31,932 nt of DNA from Candidatus Moraniibacteriota bacterium (GTDB taxonomy: Bacteria; Patescibacteriota; Minisyncoccia; Moranbacterales; UBA1568), in NCBI GenBank assembly GCA_049290475.1, contig JBATNS010000007.1, positions 1-31,932 on the forward strand, written 5' to 3'. Position 1 is the first letter of the stretch. The number at the start of each line of letters is the position of its first letter. The notes under the pieces are model-generated. The model saw nothing but the letters and a program-made list of their open reading frames with translations. It ran no database searches and was not told where the DNA came from. This document shows, one piece after another, positions 25,428-31,932 of this stretch. A program made the position numbers and the translations under genes.

Positions 25428-26351
25428 ATGTTGAAGAAGGCCGTGCTTGCCACCGTCGCTTACTATGACGCTCTGGAGTGCCCGTTGACAGAATTCGAGG
25501 TCTGGAAACACCTCATTGCGACTCGTGACGAAGTATCAGACCACGTTCCGACCCTCGGCCAAGTGACCCTCTCATTGGAGAGACTTGTGCAAGAGGGCGT
25601 CATCTCACGTTTTCGCGGCTTTGTTGTACTTCCGCATCGGGAAATTTATATAGCACAGCGGATTTGTGATGAGAAATATGCGGTTTCAAAAATAAAACGG
25701 GCCGCAACGCTCATTCACTCGCTCGCCTGGATTCCGTTTGTTCGGATGATTAGTCTCACGGGGAGTCTTTCAATGAAGCGGGGTGATCAGGAGAGTGATT
25801 GGGATCTATTTGTTGTTCTCGAAAAGGGGGCTATTTGGCGCGGCCGAACTGTGCTGTCGTTTATTCTCCAGGTTATCGGCAAACGTCGCCATGGTAGGTC
25901 AATTGAGAACCGCGCTTGCTTGAACCATTTTGTAACAGATGGGAGTTTGGAAGTCGCGATGCGAGATTATTTTTCAGCGAGCGAATACCGGTTTATGTAC
26001 TCGTTTATTGGTCGTGAGACAGAACGGCGGTTTGAGCTAGCGAATCGGTGGATGGCCCGATTAAAGCCGACGTATCAACCAACTGAAATTTCGAACCTCT
26101 GGCTTCATCCGACATCTCGTTTTCAAACGAAACTCCAAATGCTTCTGGAGAAGATGTTGTCTGCCAAAGAATTGGAGCGAGTGCTCGCTCGTTGGCAGAA
26201 AAATAAGATTGAGCGGAACCCAAAATCACGAATTCCTGGGGCGTTCATTGTTGCTAATGATGAGGCACTTATTTTTCTGCCTCATCCAAAGGGACCAGTC
26301 GTTTTTGAACGATTCAAAGAGCGGCTTTCGATTCATGGACTTTCCGTTTAG
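25428..26351 (+). CDS. Uncharacterised protein with a Pol-beta-like nucleotidyltransferase motif
   Basis: TGSLSMKRGDQESDWDLFVV (GS-x10-DxD). N-terminal YYD..CPLT..EV helical (wHTH-like) segment. Confidence 0.72.
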   Translation: MLKKAVLATVAYYDALECPLTEFEVWKHLIATRDEVSDHVPTLGQVTLSLERLVQEGVISRFRGFVVLPHREIYIAQRICDEKYAVSKIKRAATLIHSLAWIPFVRMISLTGSLSMKRGDQESDWDLFVVLEKGAIWRGRTVLSFILQVIGKRRHGRSIENRACLNHFVTDGSLEVAMRDYFSASEYRFMYSFIGRETERRFELANRWMARLKPTYQPTEISNLWLHPTSRFQTKLQMLLEKMLSAKELERVLARWQKNKIERNPKSRIPGAFIVANDEALIFLPHPKGPVVFERFKERLSIHGLSV

Positions 26352-26363
26352 AGGATTGTTGCG

Positions 26364-26372
26364 TGCTATAAT
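26364..26372 (+). promoter_or_regulatory. Extended -10 element of the pil operon
   Basis: TGCTATAAT, a perfect TGnTATAAT, upstream of ATG 26405. Confidence 0.7.
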
Positions 26373-26404
26373 AAAAGAAAAGAAACAACAAACAGCCAAC
26401 GGCT

Positions 26405-27628
26405 ATGCCGAAGTATTTGTATACAGCAAAGAATATTTCCTCTGGCGAGACGAAAGGCGGGGAAGTTATTGGAAAGAATGAGAATCAGGTCGGGCAGGAG
26501 CTCCGGGTTCAGGGGTTTCTCGTTACGTCGATCAAGGTCATCGAGGAGGATGTGCAGGGGATTCAAGTGAGATTCCTCGATCGTTTTCGAGGTGTCCCGT
26601 TGAAAGAAAAGATGGTATTTACGCGAAATCTTTCCGTTATGACCTCATCGGGATTGACGGTATCACGCGCTATTTACAATCTTTCCGTTCAGACGAGCAA
26701 CAAACGTTTTCAGAAGATTCTCCTCAGTGTCCATGACGATGTCCAGGCCGGGAAGCAACTTTCAGAGGGTTTAGCTAAATATCCGGCCGTGTTCAATGAA
26801 CTTTTTGTGAACATGGTCTCAGTCGGGGAAGTCTCTGGTAATCTCGAGGAAGTACTTGAAATACTGGCTCTTCAGCTTGAAAAAGAACACGACCTTATTT
26901 CAAAGGTGCGTGGTGCGATGATTTATCCTGCAGTGATTGTGATAGCGATGATTGGTATCGGCATCCTTATGCTCACCTACATCCTGCCGAAAATCACGCA
27001 GACGTTTATTGATATGGATGTCGAGCTTCCGGCCACGACACGTTTTATTATCGCTCTCTCGGCTTTTGTGCGGACTCATTGGCTCATCACCATTCTGGCT
27101 TTTGTGGGGAGCATCGTTGGTACTCGCGTGGCATCGACAACAGACGTCGGTCGGCACTTTCTTCACTGGCTCGTGCTCCGCATCCCAATCATCGGTAGTA
27201 TTATCGTGAAAGTAAACTGCGCTCGTTTTGCACGTATCTATAGTTCCCTTCTTAAAAGCGGTATTTCAGTTGTGACAGCACTCACAATTGTTTCTCGGAC
27301 GCTAGGCAATGTCTACTATAAAGAGGCGCTTATTCAGGGCGTCGAAGAAATTCAGAAGGGGACAGAGCTTTCCAAAATAATCGGGAAATATCCGGTTCTC
27401 TTCCCAGTTCTCGTTCCACAGATTATTCAGGTAGGTGAGGAGACGGGAAAGACGGAAAATGTGCTTCAGCGGTTAGCGGAGTTTTATGAAGAGGAGGTCT
27501 CGCAGATTACAAAAAATATGTCGTCTATCATTGAGCCAATACTGATGCTCCTCATTGGTGGATCGGTCGGATTTTTTGCAGTCGCCATGCTTCAGCCGAT
27601 GTACAGCGTGCTCGAAAACATCAAATAA
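26405..27628 (+). CDS. pilC: Type IV pilus platform protein (T2SS F family)
   Basis: FTRNLSVM..SG, GEVSGNL, GAMIYP, GEETG, EPILMLLIG...AMLQPMY. Confidence 0.95.
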   Translation: MPKYLYTAKNISSGETKGGEVIGKNENQVGQELRVQGFLVTSIKVIEEDVQGIQVRFLDRFRGVPLKEKMVFTRNLSVMTSSGLTVSRAIYNLSVQTSNKRFQKILLSVHDDVQAGKQLSEGLAKYPAVFNELFVNMVSVGEVSGNLEEVLEILALQLEKEHDLISKVRGAMIYPAVIVIAMIGIGILMLTYILPKITQTFIDMDVELPATTRFIIALSAFVRTHWLITILAFVGSIVGTRVASTTDVGRHFLHWLVLRIPIIGSIIVKVNCARFARIYSSLLKSGISVVTALTIVSRTLGNVYYKEALIQGVEEIQKGTELSKIIGKYPVLFPVLVPQIIQVGEETGKTENVLQRLAEFYEEEVSQITKNMSSIIEPILMLLIGGSVGFFAVAMLQPMYSVLENIK

Positions 27629-27634
27629 CGCTCA

Positions 27635-29023
27635 ATGGCTCGTATGCGTTCGTTTGGTTCATCCGTGAAAAAACAGCCGGGGTTTACTCTCATCGAGGGA
27701 TTGATATTTCTCTTCCTCTTCGCTTTGATTACCATGGTTTTCTTTCAAACCTTTGCCTTTGGGACGGCGCTCATTCAGCAATCGAAGAACCGTTTGGGTG
27801 CGCTCGCACTTGCTAATCAGAAGATGGAGATTATACGGAGTCTTGATTATAACAGTATTGGCACGGTCACCGGTATCCCAAGCGGTGATCTATTAGAGGA
27901 TGAGGCGGTTCAGGTAAATAACTCCCGGTACCAGGTGCATACATTTGTCCAGTATGCTGATGATCCGTATGACGGTACACTTGGTGGTAGTCCGAACGAT
28001 CTCGTCCCGAATGACTATAAGCGTGCCCGGGTTGAGGTCAGTTGGGGGAATGAAACTGAATCGGAAAAGGTCATGTTATTTTCTACCTTTGCTCCGCTTG
28101 GTATCGAGCAACCAGCCGGTGGCGGTATCCTTTCGATTAATATCCTTGATTCGCAGGGGAATGGTCTCTCGGGTGCGACCGTTCATATCACCAATAGCAG
28201 TGTCGCTCCCACAGTCGATGTCACGACAACAACTGATGCCTCAGGCAATCTTTTCCTGGTTGGTGCTCCGGCGAGTGCTCAAGAATATCACGTGACTTTT
28301 TCTAAGGGTGGCTATTTTGGGAGCTCGACGTATGCGCCTTTTCCGACGACAGCCTTCATTCCGATTGATGTGCATGCCTCAGTCGTTGACGCGGTGGTCA
28401 ACCAAGCTTCTTTTGTGATGGATCAGTCCTCGACACTTCAGCTCCGGACAAAAGATCCGTTTGACGTCGCAGTTTCAGATATCGATTATCAGATTGACGG
28501 CGGTCGCCAAATCGGAACTGAGTCCGGCACGGGTGTCGCTGTCCATGATTTCGGTGAGACCGCTTCAACGGACACGAACGGTGAACATGATTATACTAAC
28601 CGGAGTTACGGAAGCTATACGTGGACGCTTGATACCGGAGAGACTGGCCATACATTTATCCGACTTTCTCCCGAGTCAGGATCAGGCGAAAATCTTATAA
28701 CTATCGCGCCCAATGTCACACAAGAGGTACAGATGATTCTTGCAGATAATGTCGTCAACGGCGTACTTTTTACGGTGACAAATTCGGCTGATGGGACAGC
28801 TGTAAGTAGCGCCTCGGTGCACCTCACGAATACTGCTCTTGCCTACGATGATACCGTCACGACGAGCACCTATGGGAAGGCGTATTTCCCTAAGACGGCG
28901 GCACCGGGAATGGTGGCTGATACCTATGACTATGAGATTACTGCTAGTGGACTTGTGACGAGCACGGGCACGGTGACAGTCACATCGGGACTCGAATCAA
29001 TGAGTATAAGTATGAGTCCATAA
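27635..29023 (+). CDS. Large minor pilin (PilV-like) with C-terminal beta-sandwich domains
   Basis: Prepilin site KKQPG|FTLIE, ALANQKMEIIRSL.Y, then carboxypeptidase-regulatory-like segments (INILDSQGNGLSGATVHIT...TTDASG). Confidence 0.8.
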   Translation: MARMRSFGSSVKKQPGFTLIEGLIFLFLFALITMVFFQTFAFGTALIQQSKNRLGALALANQKMEIIRSLDYNSIGTVTGIPSGDLLEDEAVQVNNSRYQVHTFVQYADDPYDGTLGGSPNDLVPNDYKRARVEVSWGNETESEKVMLFSTFAPLGIEQPAGGGILSINILDSQGNGLSGATVHITNSSVAPTVDVTTTTDASGNLFLVGAPASAQEYHVTFSKGGYFGSSTYAPFPTTAFIPIDVHASVVDAVVNQASFVMDQSSTLQLRTKDPFDVAVSDIDYQIDGGRQIGTESGTGVAVHDFGETASTDTNGEHDYTNRSYGSYTWTLDTGETGHTFIRLSPESGSGENLITIAPNVTQEVQMILADNVVNGVLFTVTNSADGTAVSSASVHLTNTALAYDDTVTTSTYGKAYFPKTAAPGMVADTYDYEITASGLVTSTGTVTVTSGLESMSISMSP

Positions 29024-29680
29024 ATGATGATTGATACCACTCACCCACTGTTCTATAAAAAGAAACTCAAGGGACTGACGTTGGTCGAGATGCTTTTGGT
29101 AATTTTTATCATGTCAGCGGGAATGCTTGGCTTCTCGCTCCTTTTCTCGAGTAGCTGGAAAAGTAATAAATTTATTCTTGAAACTGGAATGGCCGCGGTC
29201 CAGGTAAATCGAGCCTCAAGTCTGATCATTAATAATCTGCGTAAAGTCCGGCAGGCGGATAATGGCGACTACCCGATGGAGTCAGGTGATGACTTTGATA
29301 TCCAGGCCTATCTTGATATTGATAATGATGGCGTAACGGAACGAGTCCATTATTGGTTGGACACGGTCAATGATCGTCTCATGCTTGGTGTCCGAGAGCC
29401 TTCCGCCTCGGTGCCACCGATCTATGCGGCTGGTGACGGTACGACGACAGTGGTTGCAAACTATATCGTCAATGATGCCACACAGCCTGTTTTTTTCTAC
29501 TATAATGAGAATTATCCTGGGGATACGGTGAATAATCCGATTCCAACACCGATTGCTATTGAGAGCGTCCGTTTGGTCCGAGTCCTTTTACGGATCAATA
29601 TTGATCCAATCAGGGCGCCAAATAATGTGAATGTAGAATCTTTTGTTGATCTCCGTAACCTTGAATCCTATGGTGATTAA
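29024..29680 (+). CDS. Minor pilin (PilW-like)
   Basis: Prepilin site KKLKG|LTLVE, DIDNDGVTERVHY loop, C-terminal VDLRN. Confidence 0.8.
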   Translation: MMIDTTHPLFYKKKLKGLTLVEMLLVIFIMSAGMLGFSLLFSSSWKSNKFILETGMAAVQVNRASSLIINNLRKVRQADNGDYPMESGDDFDIQAYLDIDNDGVTERVHYWLDTVNDRLMLGVREPSASVPPIYAAGDGTTTVVANYIVNDATQPVFFYYNENYPGDTVNNPIPTPIAIESVRLVRVLLRINIDPIRAPNNVNVESFVDLRNLESYGD

Positions 29681-31085
29681 CCTGATGATGAGGAAAAAAG
29701 GGAGCACATTGGTCTATGGCCTGGTCATAATGATGGTGGTGCAGATTATTCTAATCTCGATCGTCCAATTCGTTACGTCCAATATTCAATATACGCTCCA
29801 GATCCGTTCGCGCGAGCAGTCACTTCAAATTGCTGAGGCGGGTATCGAATTCTACCGTTGGTATTTGGCTCACAACGTAGAGGGGAAAACAGCCTCACAA
29901 ATCCAGGCATTTTGGACGAGCGGTACGGCTTATGGAGTAGGAGCTGCCTATGAAGCCGACTATACAGATCCGTCCGGTACAACGATGGGTCGATATCGTC
30001 TCGAAGTAACGGCTCCGGATACGGGCTCTACTATTGCGGTAGTCAAATCAACTGGGTGGACCTATCAGCATCCAGATAAAATGCGTATTTTGCAGGTTCG
30101 TCTTAGGCGGCCTTCATGGAGCGAGAGCGCGGTACTTGCGAATGACTTCATGCGTTTTGGTGCCGGGACCGAAGTCTATGGGAAAATCCATTCCAATGCC
30201 GGTATCCGTTTTGATGGTATTGCACACAATGTCATTACGAGTGCCGTATCAACGTACAACGATCCAGATCATGCTGGTGGGAATGAGTTTGGAGTACACA
30301 CGCATGATGCGCCAACTGATCCTCTACCTCCGTCGGCTGTACCAGCTCGGACCGACGTTTTTGAGGCTGGGCGTGAATTTCCTGTGATGACACTCGATTT
30401 CAATGGTATCTTGGGTGACCTAAGTTATATGAAAAGTGAGTCTCAGTCTGGTCATGGCGTTTACTTCACAGGTGCAGGAGCCAATAATCGGGGGACTCAG
30501 ATTGAACTACGGACAGATGGCACATTCCGCGCTCGGCAAGTCCGAAATTTCAACGGTGCGTACAGTATCACTTCGTACAATGGAGCCTGGACGAACTACA
30601 CCATACCTGACAATGGGGTCATCTTTGTAGAGGATAACGTTTGGGTGTCAGGCACCATCAATACCAAGAAGGTTACGATTATAGCTGCTGATTTGCTCGG
30701 TGGCCCAGCTCCATCGGTTTATATCCTCAATGATATCCGATATACCAATAATGATGGCCGCGATATCATTGGTATTATTGCACAGAACAATATCGAGATT
30801 GCTTGGGCAAGTGAGAATGATCTTCGGATTGATGCGGCACTTTTGGCACAACAGGGGAGGGTCGGGCGAGAGCACTATATCGATAAAGGTTACAATCCTG
30901 ATGTGAAAACAGTGATTACAGTCTATGGCGCCATCGCAACAAATCTTCGTTACGGCTTTGCCTGGACTGACGGAACCGGGTATACAACCAGAAATCTTTA
31001 TTATGATAATAACCTGCTCTATTATCCGCCGCCATATTTTCCGACAGGAACGCAATATGAGCTTGATCTTTGGGAGGAACTCTAG
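29670..31085 (+). CDS. PilX-like minor pilin with a large C-terminal domain
   Basis: RKKG|STLVYGL (no Glu5, typical of PilX/GspK), SLQIAEAGIE, C-terminal YDNNLLYYPPPYFP...WEE. Start 29670 or 29685. Confidence 0.8.
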   Translation: MVINLMMRKKGSTLVYGLVIMMVVQIILISIVQFVTSNIQYTLQIRSREQSLQIAEAGIEFYRWYLAHNVEGKTASQIQAFWTSGTAYGVGAAYEADYTDPSGTTMGRYRLEVTAPDTGSTIAVVKSTGWTYQHPDKMRILQVRLRRPSWSESAVLANDFMRFGAGTEVYGKIHSNAGIRFDGIAHNVITSAVSTYNDPDHAGGNEFGVHTHDAPTDPLPPSAVPARTDVFEAGREFPVMTLDFNGILGDLSYMKSESQSGHGVYFTGAGANNRGTQIELRTDGTFRARQVRNFNGAYSITSYNGAWTNYTIPDNGVIFVEDNVWVSGTINTKKVTIIAADLLGGPAPSVYILNDIRYTNNDGRDIIGIIAQNNIEIAWASENDLRIDAALLAQQGRVGREHYIDKGYNPDVKTVITVYGAIATNLRYGFAWTDGTGYTTRNLYYDNNLLYYPPPYFPTGTQYELDLWEEL

Positions 31086-31141
31086 CCCTTGCATGATATG
31101 ATGGAGGAGTATACAAACATCAAGACAATAAAAAATACGGT

Positions 31142-31932
31142 ATGAGTCTCTTTCGGAAGAAGATATTTGATCTCTTTCCCCAGCCGTTCGGTCTGGACTT
31201 GTCTGACCTGTCCGTCAAGTCTATGTGGCTTGAACGTGAAGGGAAAGAGGAGGTTGTTTCGAGCTTTGGATCGGTTCCGATTGCGATCGGGAGCATCGTC
31301 GATGGCGATATCGTGAATGAGGATATCGTAGTCCAGGCAATCAAAGACCTTCTCGAAAAAACGACGCCGAAACCGGTGAAGACCCGCAAGGTCATCTGTT
31401 CACTCCCTGAAACCAAAGCTTTTCTTCGGGTTGTTTCACTTCCTGTTATGGCGTCAGACGAAGTGAAGGAGGCGATAAAATGGGAGATTGAGGCGAACAT
31501 TCCCCTGACGCTCGATCAGGTCTACTATGATTACCAGGTTCTCGACAGAAAGTTGTTCAAAGAAAAGAATAAGATGAGTGTGCTTGTTGTTGCAGTCGCT
31601 CGTTCGATGGTGGATCAGATCCATAGTGTTTTGGAAAAAGCTGGACTGGAAGTCGTTGGATTGGAAACTGAGTCAGTCGCTCAAGCACGAAGTCTCTTGC
31701 TTGATAAGGATGAGGACAAGACTCGTCTCATTGTCGACATTGGAGACAGGCGCACGAGCTTACTGGTCGCGATTGGTCATACGCCGTGCTTTACTTCGAG
31801 TATCCCACTTTCATCTCAGATGATTACGGATGCGATTTTAAAGGAGATGCATATTCCTTTTGAGGAGGCTGAGATGATGAAAATCAAGTATGGTCTGGGA
31901 TCGCTGGCCATGAAAAGCCCACTTTTTAAAGC
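31142..31932 (+). CDS. pilM: Type IV pilus assembly protein PilM, 3'-truncated by the window edge
   Basis: Not in the ORF track because it has no stop in the window. MSLFRKK...FGLDLSDLSVK...WEIEANIPLTLDQVYYDY...LIVDIGDRRT (actin-like fold). TGATATGAT at 31094-31102. Confidence 0.92.
   Translation, partial: MSLFRKKIFDLFPQPFGLDLSDLSVKSMWLEREGKEEVVSSFGSVPIAIGSIVDGDIVNEDIVVQAIKDLLEKTTPKPVKTRKVICSLPETKAFLRVVSLPVMASDEVKEAIKWEIEANIPLTLDQVYYDYQVLDRKLFKEKNKMSVLVVAVARSMVDQIHSVLEKAGLEVVGLETESVAQARSLLLDKDEDKTRLIVDIGDRRTSLLVAIGHTPCFTSSIPLSSQMITDAILKEMHIPFEEAEMMKIKYGLGSLAMKSPLFK

Noticed and set aside
25428..31932. Apparently more AT-rich composition, suggesting a genomic island
   Set aside because: Visual impression only and not quantified. 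There is no integrase, tRNA or flanking repeat, and pil genes are likely core.

Overview
Chromosomal segment of a gene-dense bacterium. The gene set (DUF5671 protein, Cys-module surface protein, C39-like peptidase, short TspO, compact UvrC, pilC-minor pilins-pilM, few Shine-Dalgarno sites) suggests Patescibacteria/CPR (Parcubacteria-like); this is inference from gene content. About 31 mostly + strand genes: 5'-truncated pyrD, membrane/surface proteins, a DUF167-YgjP-TMEM175-GIY-YIG-YdjM operon, a YbbA/YbbP/TesA-like ABC-esterase operon, TspO, hydrolases, a PQQ sugar dehydrogenase, an SDR, malic enzyme, a MerT-like protein, a DEAD-box helicase, a Cas4/AddB-like nuclease, uvrC, uvrA, a nucleotidyltransferase-fold protein and a type IV pilus cluster running off the end. 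I found no CRISPR, tRNA, rRNA or mobile element. The best unexplained signals are: (1) a ~158-nt minus-strand structured RNA (11330-11487) with its own promoter and terminator, possibly a miniature 6S RNA or a new ncRNA; (2) a perfect CsoR/RcnR-type palindrome inside the SDR promoter; (3) an orphan gene with intact expression signals split by a +1 frameshift at a G4 run; (4) a probable ATA start overlapping the pyrD stop; (5) an acidic 8-heptad coiled coil on a DUF1003-like protein; (6) a DnaA box before uvrA. All family calls come from motif recognition, not database searches.
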